Shown here: in pieces, positions 1 to 17,004 of the stretch
Layout of the letters: each line of letters opens with the position of its first letter
Position numbering within the stretch: the first letter of the stretch is position 1
NCBI GenBank assembly: GCA_964291235.2
Contig: OZ219815.1
Span: forward strand, 928,001-992,000
DNA length: 64,000 bases
Origin: Vicinamibacteria bacterium
Lineage (GTDB): Bacteria; Acidobacteriota; Vicinamibacteria; Marinacidobacterales; Marinacidobacteraceae
Reading direction: 5' to 3'
Position numbers and translations under genes: made by a program
The notes under the pieces: model-generated
Told to the model about the DNA's origin: nothing
The model's input: only the letters and a program-made list of their open reading frames with translations
Databases searched by the model: none

Positions 1-612
1 GAAACGCTTTGGGCGGATCCGACCTGCAGCGCCGAGGCCGGCGCCCGGATCGGGCCCTCCGTGCGCCTCACCGGCAACACCTCCGTCGCCGCCGGGGCGG
101 AGGTGGGCAGTTTCTGCCGACTCGAAAACACGGATATCGGGCCGGGGGCCCGCGTTCTCAGCCACTCGGTCCTTCTCGACAGTTCCATCGGGCGGGACGC
201 CAAGGTGGGCCCCTTTGCCCACATCCGCCCGAATACCCGGCTCGAACCCGAGTCGTTCGCCGGCAGCTTCGTCGAGACCAAGAACGCGGTGCTCGCGAGG
301 CGGGCCGCACTCCCCCACCTGTCCTACGTCGGGGACGCCGACGTGGGGGTTCGTGCGAACCTCGGCGCCGGAACCATCACCTGCAACTACGACGGACGCG
401 GCAAACACCGCACGGTGGTGGAACCGGGGGCCTTCATCGGCAGCAACGCCATCCTGGTGGCGCCGGTCACCGTCGGGCGCCGGGCATTCGTCGCCGCGGG
501 ATCGGTGATCGTCGAAGATGTCCCGGAGGGCGCACTCGCGATCGCCCGCGGCCGGCAGGCGGTAAAGCCGGGGCGGGCCGCGGGCCGTTTCGAGGGAGCC
601 GACGAAGTCTGA
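1..612 (+). CDS. glmU: GlmU, C-terminal acetyltransferase (left-handed beta-helix) part; 5'-truncated by the window edge
   Basis: Frame is open from base 1. Motifs VGPFAHIRP, HLSYVGDA, NLGAGTITCNYDG, FIGSN and VAAGSVI are present. Confidence 0.95.
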   Translation, partial: ETLWADPTCSAEAGARIGPSVRLTGNTSVAAGAEVGSFCRLENTDIGPGARVLSHSVLLDSSIGRDAKVGPFAHIRPNTRLEPESFAGSFVETKNAVLARRAALPHLSYVGDADVGVRANLGAGTITCNYDGRGKHRTVVEPGAFIGSNAILVAPVTVGRRAFVAAGSVIVEDVPEGALAIARGRQAVKPGRAAGRFEGADEV

Positions 613-1712
613 GCGTTTCCGCCACCGCCGAGAGCCGGGAGCTTCCGGCGCTCTGGCACGAGATCCACGAACAGCCCGCAGCAGCCGCGCGCACCCTCGA
701 AGCACTGGAGGCGGAAGCGCCGGAGCGCCTGGCGATCCTGCGGGACAAGTCCGTTCGCGCGCGCCGGCAGACACTGCTGGTCGGCTCCGGCACCAGTCGC
801 CACGCCGCGGAAATCGCCGCCGGCTGGTTCAAGGAAGCCGGGCTGCCAACTTCTGTCTCCCCTGCCGGCGAGATTCACGGACCGTTGAGAGACCATGGCT
901 GTGAAGGTGCGCTGATCGCCGTCACCCAGTCCGGGGCAACCGGCAGCGTGCTGCGGCTGCTCGACCAGGCCGGAGACGAGGGGATCTTCCGCGTCGTGGT
1001 CACGAACGAGCCGAAGAGCCCGGCAGTACGGCGGGCGGACATCTCCTACATAACCCGCGCGGGGGCCGAAACAGCAATCCCGGCCACCAAGAGCTTCACC
1101 TCGGCCCTCCTGGCGCTGCGGCTCTTCGGCAGCGAGTGGGCCACCGCCGCCCGCACGGGCGGGGCGCCGGCCCCACCCGGGATGGTGGAGACCCGCCCTG
1201 CCGCCCGCTTCCTTGAGGAGGCCGTTGGACACGGCCCCAGAATCGAGCGCTTCGTCAGCCGGATCGCCGCAGACCGGACGTGGTTCTTCCTTGGCTGTGG
1301 GCCTCTCCTGCCCCTGGCCGCGGAAGGAGCGCTCAAGATGATGGAAACCGCGGTGGTGCCGGCGATCGCGCTCCGCACCGAGGAACTGGTCCACGGCCCC
1401 CTCGCGCTGGTGGACCCCGAGACGCCCGTGGTGCTGCTCTCGGAACCCGGCGGGGTTTCCCGGGGAGAGGCCAAAGCCGTCGACGCGCTGGTGGGCGTGG
1501 GCGCACCGCTCCTCCGGCTCGCGACCGAAGACCCCGCCGGGGTGCCCGCCGGTCCGGGTACCGGGTGCACCATCGTTTCGGCGGGAGCCGCCTGGCTTCG
1601 TCCGTTCCAGGCCGCGCCGGTCCTGCAACTGCTTGCCTACTTCGCCGGGCGGCAACTCGGACGCGATGTGGACGCCCCCGCGGGGCTCCAGAAGGCGGTC
1701 CGTGACGACTGA
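609..1712 (+). CDS. SIS-domain sugar isomerase, GlmS C-terminal-like (no glutaminase domain); start uncertain, possibly CTG 609
   Basis: HEIHEQP, GSGTSRHAA, TQSGAT, PATKSFTS, EGALKMME, HGPLALVD and C-terminal PAGLQKAV. No N-terminal Cys glutaminase domain fits between glmU and this region. Confidence 0.85.
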   Translation: MSVSATAESRELPALWHEIHEQPAAAARTLEALEAEAPERLAILRDKSVRARRQTLLVGSGTSRHAAEIAAGWFKEAGLPTSVSPAGEIHGPLRDHGCEGALIAVTQSGATGSVLRLLDQAGDEGIFRVVVTNEPKSPAVRRADISYITRAGAETAIPATKSFTSALLALRLFGSEWATAARTGGAPAPPGMVETRPAARFLEEAVGHGPRIERFVSRIAADRTWFFLGCGPLLPLAAEGALKMMETAVVPAIALRTEELVHGPLALVDPETPVVLLSEPGGVSRGEAKAVDALVGVGAPLLRLATEDPAGVPAGPGTGCTIVSAGAAWLRPFQAAPVLQLLAYFAGRQLGRDVDAPAGLQKAVRDD

Positions 1713-3853
1713 CCCATCCCCCCCCGAGAAGCATTCCGGGCACACCGTTCTCGACGGCCTGAACCCCTCCCAACGGGAAGCGGTTTCGGCCCCCGCCGGC
1801 CCCACCCTGGTGCTCGCCGGCGCCGGTTCGGGCAAGACCCGGGTGATCACCCACCGGATCGGGTGGCGGATGCTGGTCGATGGCGCGCCCGCCGATTCCA
1901 TCCTCGCGGTCACCTTCACGAACAAGGCGGCGCGGGAGATGCGCTCGCGGGTCGAGGCCCTGTGTTCCAGGGTGCACGAGACCGACAGCCGCCCCTGGGT
2001 TTCCACGTTTCACGCCTTCGGCCTGAACCTGCTGCGGCGCTTCGGCCGCGACATCGGCCTGACGGCCGGTTTCCCGGTATTCGGGGCCGACGAGAGCCGC
2101 GCCCTCGTCCGGCAGGTCGTGCGGGAACTGGCGATCGACGATGACCGGCTTCCGCTCGGCAGGCTCGTCCAGTTGATTTCCCGACTCCGGAACGCCGAGG
2201 CCTCCGGAGCCGCGTTTCACGGACCCCGGATCGCTCGCCTCGCCGACAACGTCCGGGAGGCAACGACCGTTTACCGGCAGAAGCTCTCCGAGTTGAAGGG
2301 GGTGGACTTCGACGACCTCCTGATCCGTTCCCTGGAACTCCTCGATGCTTCGGAGGCGGCCCGGTCCTTCGTCGCCCGGCGGGTGCGCCACCTGCTGATC
2401 GACGAATACCAGGACACCGGCCCCACCCAGCACCGGCTGGTCCTCCGACTTGCACCCCATCGCGATGTCTTCGTGGTCGGGGATGACGACCAGGCGATCT
2501 ATTCGTTTCGCGGGGCCGATTTCCGCAACATCCTGCGCTTCCGGGAGGACTTCGCGGGAGCGCGGGTGGTGCGCCTCGAGGACAACTACCGCTCCACGGC
2601 GGCGATCGTGAATGCCGCCAACGCGGTGATCCGGCGCAACCGCCGGCGCGACGGCAAGACGCTTCGTCCGCTGGGGGAGCAGGGGGAGCGGGCCACCTTC
2701 CGCTCCTTCGCCAGCGAAACCACCGAGGCGCAGCAGATCGCCATCAAAATCGCGGGTCAGGGAGAGGAGCGTGGCTCGACAGCGGTGCTCCTCCGGACGC
2801 GCGCCCAGACCCGGCCCTTCGAAGAGGCGTTCGCCGCCCACCGGATTCCCCATGTGATTGTCGGGGGGCTCCGCTTCTATGAGCGGCGTGAGGTGCTGGA
2901 CACGCTCGCCTGTGTCCGGGTCGCCGCGAACGCCGACGATGATTCCGGTTTCCGCCGGGCGGTGGCGGCGATTCCCCGCGGCGTCGGCCCGAAATCCCTC
3001 GACCGCATCGCCGAGCGCGCGACCGACGGACGGCACCTCGCTCCTGGCGGCGGCGGAGTGCACGGTGGCGGAGGACGGCCTTCCCGCCCGGGCCCTGAGC
3101 GGCCTCCGCGGCTTCGTGCAGGGGATCGCTGCCATCCGCCGCGCCATCCCGGAGGGGCCCGAGGCCGTCGTCCGCTCCGCGATGGCGGACACCGGCCTCG
3201 GCGCCTTCTTTCAGGAAAACGACCGGGAACGCTTCGACAACCTCGTCTCGCTGCGGAACGCCGCGCGGGAATTCGAACGCTCGAATGAGGGCGCGGCGGT
3301 TGACGCCTTTCTGGATCAGGTGAGTCTGCTGTCCGCGGAGGATCTGATGCCCGATAGCGGGGCGGACCCCGGCGTTCCGCCGGTCGCGGTGATGACGGTC
3401 CATGCCGCCAAGGGGCTCGAGTTCGATTCCGTTTTCCTGGCCGGTCTCTGGGAAGGGCTCTTTCCGCACGCGTTCTCGCTGGAGTCGGACCTCCAGCTGG
3501 AGGAGGAACGACGACTCTTTTACGTCGCCATGACGCGGGCCCGAAAACGCCTGCAGCTCTCGGCGGCGCCGGGCGGGGCGCCCTACCTGCGGTCGCGCGG
3601 CAGGGTCTCCCGCTTTCTCGGGGAGATTCCCCGGGAGCTGCTCGAGTCGCCGCGGACCGATGCGCGGACCATCCCCATCGCGGCGCCTCCGGCTACCGGA
3701 CGGTTCCGCAAGGGAGAAACGGTGCGCCATCACAAATTCGGGGTCGGCAAGATCGAATTGGTGGACCCGGACGGCAAGCGCGTCTCCGTCCGCTTCAAGT
3801 ACCACGGGCGCCGGCGACTGGTGCTCGAGTTCGCAAAGCTCGAACGCGTGTAA
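1702..3853 (+). CDS. uvrD: UvrD/PcrA SF1 helicase, split by an apparent frameshift at about 3020-3030
   Basis: First frame has LAGAGSGKT, TFTNKAA, IDEYQD, VGDDDQAIY and NYRS. Second frame has MTVHAAKGLEF, EEERRLFYVAMTRA and the C-terminal H.KFG.G domain. Confidence 0.9.
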
Positions 3854-4268
3854 CCCGGGTTTCTCATACTTCCGGCGCAGAGATCGATGCGGGATGGTTC
3901 TCCTCTCGGCGGGAACCCGACCAGCCTTGATGTCGGACAGGCACGGGAACGCCGGCCTCCAGGCCGGCACAGCCCGCCGTAGGCGGGCGGCGGGACGGAC
4001 CTGGCTGGCCGGGATGGCTCCCTCTCTCGGAGAGGACCCCGTGAGCGCGAGCGGCGAGGAACCGCCCGCGGCGCTACGCGCCGCTGTGCCGGCCCCCACC
4101 GGGAGAACTGGCCTGGAGGTCGGCCCAGTTCTCCCGGTGGGGGCTCCCGTGCCTACACGCTGTCCGTCCGGTCGGGGTCCGCGCCTGACGCGTTTCTCCC
4201 GACATCATCAACAGGTTGACGTGATCCGCGCGGCACCTTGGGCCATGAGGTATGAGAAATCCCGGCTA
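3851..4268. mobile_element. Non-autonomous MITE-like element (repeat family A)
   Basis: Terminal inverted repeats TAACCCGGGTTTCTCATAC / GTATGAGAAATCCCGGCTA. Internal 20-bp hairpin at 4092-4144. Left part is homologous to 12231-12400 and to the minus strand at about 54720-54810. Confidence 0.6.
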
Positions 4269-4296
4269 ACCCGGGTTTCGCTCCCCGGCGGCCCGT

Positions 4297-4854
4297 CTAA
4301 GGAGCGCCGGCCAGCTCTTCGAGTTCGAATACCGCCGCGTAGGGGACCGCGGCCTCGGTGAGGAGCGCTCGGGCGCCCATCCCGCGATCCACCAGCGCCA
4401 CCGCTCCCACCACCTCGAAGCCAGCGTCGCGGGCCGCGTCCACCGCCGCGAGGGTGGACTTCCCGGTGGTCGCCGTGTCCTCCAGGATCACCGCCGCGCC
4501 GCCGGGGTCGTCGATCCCCTCGATGCGCTTGCCGCGGCCGTGACCCTTCGCCTCCTTGCGGACGAAGAATCCCGCCAAATCCCGGCCGGCGGCTTCCGCC
4601 GCCATCACCACGGCGGTGGTCAGGGGAATCGCCCCGGCGGCCATCCCGCCTACGGCCACTGCCCGGAACCCGCGACCGTCCATTGCCTCCAGGAGCACCC
4701 GGCCCACCAGCCCGGCGGCATCCGAACGCATCACGGTGAGCCGGGCGTCGATATAGACGTTCGAGCGGGCGCCGCTCGCCAGGGTGAACTCGCCGAACTT
4801 GACGGACTCCCGGCGCAGAATGGAGAGCAGGGCGGAACGGGGGTCGCCGGTCAC
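4297..4854 (-). CDS. pyrE: Orotate phosphoribosyltransferase
   Basis: FTLASG.RS..YID, FVRKEAKGHG and PRPP motif ILEDTATTGKS. GTG start overlaps the upstream TGA. Confidence 0.93.
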   Translation of the reverse strand: MTGDPRSALLSILRRESVKFGEFTLASGARSNVYIDARLTVMRSDAAGLVGRVLLEAMDGRGFRAVAVGGMAAGAIPLTTAVVMAAEAAGRDLAGFFVRKEAKGHGRGKRIEGIDDPGGAAVILEDTATTGKSTLAAVDAARDAGFEVVGAVALVDRGMGARALLTEAAVPYAAVFELEELAGAP

Positions 4855-5566
4855 GGCGAAGCGGCGGCTTCGATGGCGGCGATGATCCACCGCGAAGGCA
4901 CTTCGACACCGTGCTGGTTCAGCAGGTTGTAGCGGATGAGGCTGAAGCGGTACTCGCGCGTTTCGCCTTCCTCCACAGTCCGCACCAGGACATCCTTCTC
5001 GGTGATGTTCCCGGAGAGGTAATCCACCGGCGCCTCCCGGAGCAGGCTTCGCTGGGCTCGCCGGCGTTCCTCATCGAGCGCCATCTGCACTTCGCTCAGC
5101 GACGAAACCAGTTGGCGGCGCTCGGCGCTGTGAGCGTCCCAGGCTGCCGCGATTTCACCCAGACGGCCTCCGATCGCGGCGTCCGGGTTTTGTTCGCGCC
5201 GATCCATGATCTGCGCGAGGGCATCCTGATTCGCCTGCCGAAAGTCGTAGAAGTTCTTGAACTGTTCGTCGCGCGCGGCCTCGCTGGCGCGCTCTTCCTC
5301 GCCTAGCTCGGGAACCCGATAGGGGCCCTCCGTGCCCGGGCCGATCTCCACGACCTCCCAGGACTCGACGGGACCTCCCGGGAACCGGGCCATCGAAAGG
5401 CCCCCGGCGCTCACCCGGTCCTCCTGACCCACCGCGCGGAAGAACTGCCCGATCAGGGTCTCCTCAGGGGCCGCCGAACAACCGGCGAGCGCGGTGGCGC
5501 CCGCCGTCGCGAGCGCGAGCAGCAGGACCCGGACAACCGGACGCCCGCGGACGCCTGGCGCTCCGG

Positions 5567-5570
<4 letters not shown>
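4851..5570 (-). CDS. Putative lipoprotein of unknown function with a coiled-coil insert
   Basis: Signal peptide with lipobox LAGC. 4-bp overlaps with gyrA and pyrE. Confidence 0.75.
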
Positions 5571-11859
<6,289 letters not shown>

Positions 11860-11959
11860 GGAGTGCTCTTTTCTGAATTACCAAGGGGCGGCGCGAGCCT
11901 TTGAAAATCTCTCGCGGATACCTACGGGGTCAGACACGCCCCGATAGAAAACTCTGGGG

Positions 11960-12240
11960 GATGCGCGGATCAGGCGAATCAATCGAAGGGGAGCCGTGAG
12001 AAGGGAATTATAGTGAGAAATAGGGGATGTTGAAAGTGTGGAAAGAACGTATAAGTCACTGAAAACAGGAATGTTTCAGGTCGATCGCATTGCTGGAGGA
12101 ATGCCCGTGGAGCCTTGGTTGCCTGGGGGTAGTCGGAGAAAGGGCCGCCGAGAGTCCCGACCGCACCCTGTTTTCCTCCGGAATCCCCTGGAATTCCCGG
12201 TGTTTTCCCCATGTTTTCCCGGTTGTTTTCCCCGGGATTT
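11960..12240. other. Candidate oriC (DnaA boxes, DnaA-trio-like tract, AT-richer segment)
   Basis: dnaA-dnaN intergenic region. Minus strand reads CTTTCCACA CTTTCAACA (12045-12028), TCCC, then CTA TTT CTC ACT ATA. Four TGTTTTCC(C/T) repeats at about 12169-12232. Confidence 0.7.
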
Positions 12241-12400
12241 CTCATCTTGCCGCCCCCAGGGGTCGATGGAGGATGGTTCCCTTCTCGGTGGAAATCCCGC
12301 CAGCCTTGATGGCGCACCCGCACCGGCACCCTCACCGGGAGAACGGGGCTGGCCTCCGGGCCGGAACAGCCCGCGACAGGCGGGCGGCGAGTCGACGGGA

Positions 12401-13867
12401 TCAGGCCAGCTTGCTGAGGAGACGCTTCAGCATCCTGTCCAGCCCCAGATCCCGCTGCCGCTGCTGCGCGATGCGGTGGACGGCGTAGGTCACGGTCGAA
12501 TGGTCGCGCCGGAACTCCCTGCCGATGTCCTGGAGGGTGCGTCCGGTCGTCTCGCGACAGAGGAACATCGCCACATGACGGGCCAGGACCAGCGCCTGCG
12601 AGCGCTGCGGCCCGCGGAGTCCGAGTGGCGCTACGCCGAAGTCCTTGGCCACCGCCAACTGCACCTCGTGAATCGAGGGACGACGCGTTCGTTGCGAGGG
12701 ATTCTTCGTAAGGACCCGGTCGAGGAGGGGTTGCGAGATCTCGATCCCCCTGGTGCGCGACTCGGACATGAGGTTCTTGAGGGGCCCCTCGAGTTCCGGA
12801 ACGCTGTTCTGGTAGCGGGACGCGAGGGTTTCCGGAACGCCGTCCGGTAGCTCTACTCCAAGGTCGGTTGCCTTCCGGCGGACGATGGCGGTCCTCGTCT
12901 CCCAATCGGGCGGACCAAGGTCGGTCGTGAGTCCGCACTCCAGGCGACTCTTGATGCGGGGGTCCAGGTTGTGGATGTCCCGGGGATGAGTGTCGGCGGT
13001 CAGCACCACCTGCCGGCCTCGCTGGGGTAGAGCGGTGAGCGCGTGGAAGAGTTCTGCCGCACTTCGACTGAAGCGATCGAGCCCGGGAATGAACTGGATG
13101 TCGTCCAGCAACAACAAGTCGAGGCTGGCGCACTCCTCGCGAAATCTGTCGAGATCGTTCTCCAGAGCCGCGGTCACCACATGGCGGCTGAACTCCACGC
13201 CCCTTGCATGGAAGACCCGTCGCTTCGGGTTCAGTTCCAGAAAACGCCGGGCGATGGAGTGGAGGAGATGTGTCTTTCCCAATCCAGCGTTTCCGTAGAT
13301 CAGGAGCGGGTTGTACGGGGAGTACTCGACCCCGGCGCCGCTCACGTCGAGGGCCGCACCATGAGCGCATCGATTCGTGGTGCCGACAACGAAGGACTCG
13401 AAAGAGAAATCCGGTCGAAGCCGATCGCTCCGGGACGCCAGCTCGCGGTTTTGCAGACGGTGATTGGTGGGCGTTTCCGCGGCGCTTCCGGAAGATTTGC
13501 GGGCCCCGTCGGAGTCCTCGGATATGGAGCAGCGAACCGAGGTCAGGGGCGAGCCGGCGGCTCTGAGCGCGCCGAGAATGCGGTCCCGATATTCCCTTTC
13601 GAGGCGCTTGGCGAACATGGCATTGGGGACCTGGATGACGACTGCGTCATCTTCGGCGCCCCCGAATTCCGTGGGTGCGAACCAGGTGTCGTATTCGCGG
13701 AGGGAGACGCCGGTCCTGATGACGGACAACACTCTCGTCCACGGGTCACCGGCCGTTTCCGGTGTCTCGACGACAGTTGATACGCGTGGGAGTGGGGACA
13801 AGAAGAGGCGAAAGATTGCGGCTGGTGGGCGCAGCCGTAGCTGAGACGAAAACGGGAAAAGAACCAC
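12401..13867 (-). CDS. dnaA: Chromosomal replication initiator DnaA (true start probably downstream of 13867)
   Basis: FESFVVG..N, NPLLIYGNAGLGKTHLL, LLLLDDIQF, RIKSRL..G and RDHSTV.YA. Confidence 0.95.
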   Translation of the reverse strand: MVLFPFSSQLRLRPPAAIFRLFLSPLPRVSTVVETPETAGDPWTRVLSVIRTGVSLREYDTWFAPTEFGGAEDDAVVIQVPNAMFAKRLEREYRDRILGALRAAGSPLTSVRCSISEDSDGARKSSGSAAETPTNHRLQNRELASRSDRLRPDFSFESFVVGTTNRCAHGAALDVSGAGVEYSPYNPLLIYGNAGLGKTHLLHSIARRFLELNPKRRVFHARGVEFSRHVVTAALENDLDRFREECASLDLLLLDDIQFIPGLDRFSRSAAELFHALTALPQRGRQVVLTADTHPRDIHNLDPRIKSRLECGLTTDLGPPDWETRTAIVRRKATDLGVELPDGVPETLASRYQNSVPELEGPLKNLMSESRTRGIEISQPLLDRVLTKNPSQRTRRPSIHEVQLAVAKDFGVAPLGLRGPQRSQALVLARHVAMFLCRETTGRTLQDIGREFRRDHSTVTYAVHRIAQQRQRDLGLDRMLKRLLSKLA

Positions 13868-14258
13868 CCACCCGGCACGCGACTGCGCGGTTCTCGACGA
13901 CGGCGACGGAATGTAGCAACGCCCCTTCGGGGTGCGTCAACCGGTTTTGGACAATCCCAAGAACTCTCCGTGAAAAAACCCACACAGGAGAGCCCGGGCC
14001 AACGCTTTTGCGGCGTTCTCAGCCCACGGCCGGTCCCGGTACAGCCATTTCGGACGTTTGGCGCCAGAACAGCCCCTACCGGGAAAGGAACGCGTACAGC
14101 GCCATGGCAGGGCGACAGCGATGCGACGGAAACGGGGCACACTTTACGGGAAACACGTCTTGGCGGTATACTGTCTGGCTCGGTCTAGCGGCGCGGCAAG
14201 AGCATCGCCGCCTACCGAGTTTTTCTTTTAGATTCAAGGACTTGGAGAGGACAATCCC

Positions 14259-14393
14259 GTGAAACGGACGTTTCAGCCCAATAAGCGGCGGAGGAAGCGG
14301 AAGCACGGTTTCCGGGCACGGATGAGCACTCCAGGCGGCCGCGCGGTTCTCGCCCGCCGGCGTCGCCGGGGCCGCCGAAGGCTGTCGGCCTGA
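14259..14393 (+). CDS. rpmH: 50S ribosomal protein L34 (not in the ORF track)
   Basis: GTG start; [44 protein letters not shown]. Confidence 0.97.
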   Translation: MKRTFQPNKRRRKRKHGFRARMSTPGGRAVLARRRRRGRRRLSA

Positions 14394-14473
14394 CGGCCGT
14401 CCGCCGCCCGGAACGCCGTGGAGGTGTGTCCTGTCTAGCGCAAGGGAACCATTGCGCTACCGGGGGCTCGATC

Positions 14474-14917
14474 ATGGCTGAGGACGGCGCGGCGGGTCGC
14501 CGCGCACCGCTCTCTACAGGCGGATGCGACGAAACGCTTCGTCGAGACCAGCGGATCGGGCGGTCCGCGGAGTTCCAAACGGTCCTGGCCCGGGGTTCGC
14601 GCGGTGTTTCCCGATACGTGGTGGCCCTCTGTCTGGCGGAAGCCGCGGGTGCCCGGCCGTCGCGTCTCGGGGTGGTTGCCAGCCGCAAGGTAGGAGGCGC
14701 CGTCCAGCGAACGCGGGCCAAGCGTTTGCTGCGGGAGGTGTACCGGCGGACGCCGGGACGTCCTCCCGGGGATCTCGTTCTGATTGCCCGTCGGGGGATC
14801 CAGGAAGCACCCTGGCCCGACCTCGTGCGGGCTTACCGGAAAGCCACCGGGATGGCGGCGGGCCAGAAGCGGCCGCGTCGCGCGACATCCGGGAGCGGGA
14901 AGCGGTCCAGGCGTTGA
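14474..14917 (+). CDS. rnpA: Ribonuclease P protein component
   Basis: [25 protein letters not shown]; follows rpmH. Confidence 0.9.
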   Translation: MAEDGAAGRRAPLSTGGCDETLRRDQRIGRSAEFQTVLARGSRGVSRYVVALCLAEAAGARPSRLGVVASRKVGGAVQRTRAKRLLREVYRRTPGRPPGDLVLIARRGIQEAPWPDLVRAYRKATGMAAGQKRPRRATSGSGKRSRR

Positions 14918-14933
14918 AGCCGTCCGGCCTGCG

Positions 14934-15245
14934 ATGAACAGTTCGCCTCCCCGAAGCGCCGCAGCGAGCGAGCCGAACCGGTGGCGCGCCCTCGCCGGTA
15001 GTGTCCCCGCCGGGTTGTTCCTCGGCCTCATCCGGCTGTACCGGGTCGCGTTCAGCCCGCTGTTTGCGGGCGCGTGCCGGTTTCAGCCATCGTGCTCGCA
15101 TTACGCGGAAGAAGCCATCCGGACTCATGGGGCCGGACGCGGGGTCTTGCTGACTACCCGGCGTCTGCTGCGCTGCCACCCGTTTGGCGGATCCGGATAC
15201 GACGCGGTTCCCGCACCGGTGGTGCGGCGCAAATGGAGTAACTGA
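14934..15245 (+). CDS. yidD: Membrane protein insertion efficiency factor YidD
   Basis: [16 protein letters not shown] and [15 protein letters not shown]. Confidence 0.93.
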   Translation: MNSSPPRSAAASEPNRWRALAGSVPAGLFLGLIRLYRVAFSPLFAGACRFQPSCSHYAEEAIRTHGAGRGVLLTTRRLLRCHPFGGSGYDAVPAPVVRRKWSN

Positions 15246-15249
15246 AGTC

Positions 15250-17004
15250 ATGGAGCGGCGCGTTCTTCTCGCGTTCTTGCTGTCGTTCTTCGTCTTCTTG
15301 CTGTTCGTCCGGTTCTTCGGGCCGGAGAGTCCACCGCCGGGCACCGCGCCGCAGGAACAGCCACCCGCGACCACTACCGCCTCCTTGGCGACCCCCGACC
15401 CGGAGCCTGTTTCGACCGAGGCGGCGTCGGAGGCGGTTGCCACCGAAACCCGGGAAGCGGAGCGCGAGCAGGCAATTACGGTGGCGACCCGCCGTTATCG
15501 AGCGGAGTTTTCCAACCGGGGCGCCCGGCTCCTGAGCCTCCGGCTCGCTGAGCACACGGATTCGTTCGGCGCACCCCTCGAGGCGCTGCCGCAGGGCGAC
15601 GACCTGGTGAACTCGGTCCGGCCCCTCGACGTCGTTCTCCCGGGGGATCCGTCGCCGGCGCGTCTGACCGCGGCGCTTTACGAGGTAGCCGTGGACGGGC
15701 AGGTCCGCACCGGACCGGTTCGTCTCGACCTGAACCCGGGGGAGGCCCGCGAGATCGAGTTCCGCTGGGCGTCCGCCGACGGGCTCGAAGTCACGAAGAC
15801 CGTACGGGTTCGGGGTGACGACTACCGCATGGAGGTGACCGTCTCGGCGCGCCGCGGCGGTGCGGAGCAGCTGAAGGAGGTTCTGTTCGGTCCCGGGATC
15901 GAGAACGAGACCTCGGCCGGGAGATACCTCGGCGCCGAGCAGGGCGTGATCGAGACCGCAGGGGAAAGCCGGCTCTTTTCCTTCGCCGAGGCGGCCGACG
16001 GGGAGGCCGCGAGCCTGTCGGCCCAGGCGGTTGGCGTTTCGTCGCACTACTTCGCCGGGCTCCTGGTGGCTGCGCCCGGACAGCGCTACGAGGGAAGGCT
16101 CGAGGCGCTGACGATCCCCTGGGAGAGCTTCGAGGTTCCTCCTGAGGACGCAAGCGGCTCCCGCAACGTACTGGTAGCCCACCTCCGATCAGCGAACATC
16201 AGCGAATTCACGCTCTTCACCGGCCCCAAGCAGGTGGAACTACTGACCGACCTCGGGGTGGACATCGTCGAATTCGGCGCCTGGCTGCGTTTTCTGGTCG
16301 TCCCGATTCGGCAGGGTCTGCTCTGGGCGTATGGCCTGCTCGGGAACTACGGATGGGCGATCGTGCTGGTAACCGCGCTGATCAGCCTGCTGCTGGCTCC
16401 CCTGAAGCACTACAGCTACGTCTCCATCCGGCGGATGCAGAAGATCAGCCCGCAGGTGAAGCGGATTCAGGACAAGTACCGAGGCCTGAAACCGACGGAC
16501 CCAAAACGAAGCGAGATGAACCAGGAGATGGTTGCGCTTTATCGGGAGCACAACGTCTCGCCCATCGGCGGCTGCCTGCCCATGCTGCTGATGATTCCGT
16601 TCTTCTTCGCCTTCTACCGGTTGCTGGTGGTGTCCATCGAGCTCCGGCACGCTCCCTTTGTCTTCTGGGTGCAGGACCTGTCCCGTGAGGACCCCTACTT
16701 CATCCTGCCGATCCTGATGGGGGTCAGCCAACTGATCATGCAGCGCATGACCGCCACCCAGGCCGAGGGCATGCAGGCGAAGATCATGATGTTCATGCCC
16801 GTGGTGTTCACCCTGATCCTCGCCTGGGCGCCCTCCGGGCTGGTGCTCTACTGGTTTGCGAACAACCTGATCTCCATGGGACAACAGGCAGTGACCACCC
16901 GCATCATGGACCGCCGGGAGGCCGAAGCGAAGGCCGGCGAAGTCGTCGCTCAGGGAAAGCGAAAGAAGGGCGGTTCAGGCCGGAAGCTGACGGCCGGCAG
17001 GTGA
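15250..17004 (+). CDS. yidC: Membrane protein insertase YidC
   Basis: N-terminal TM, large periplasmic domain, GNYGWAI, GGCLPMLLMIPFF, WVQDLS..DPYFILP and PSGLVLYW. Confidence 0.96.
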   Translation: MERRVLLAFLLSFFVFLLFVRFFGPESPPPGTAPQEQPPATTTASLATPDPEPVSTEAASEAVATETREAEREQAITVATRRYRAEFSNRGARLLSLRLAEHTDSFGAPLEALPQGDDLVNSVRPLDVVLPGDPSPARLTAALYEVAVDGQVRTGPVRLDLNPGEAREIEFRWASADGLEVTKTVRVRGDDYRMEVTVSARRGGAEQLKEVLFGPGIENETSAGRYLGAEQGVIETAGESRLFSFAEAADGEAASLSAQAVGVSSHYFAGLLVAAPGQRYEGRLEALTIPWESFEVPPEDASGSRNVLVAHLRSANISEFTLFTGPKQVELLTDLGVDIVEFGAWLRFLVVPIRQGLLWAYGLLGNYGWAIVLVTALISLLLAPLKHYSYVSIRRMQKISPQVKRIQDKYRGLKPTDPKRSEMNQEMVALYREHNVSPIGGCLPMLLMIPFFFAFYRLLVVSIELRHAPFVFWVQDLSREDPYFILPILMGVSQLIMQRMTATQAEGMQAKIMMFMPVVFTLILAWAPSGLVLYWFANNLISMGQQAVTTRIMDRREAEAKAGEVVAQGKRKKGGSGRKLTAGR

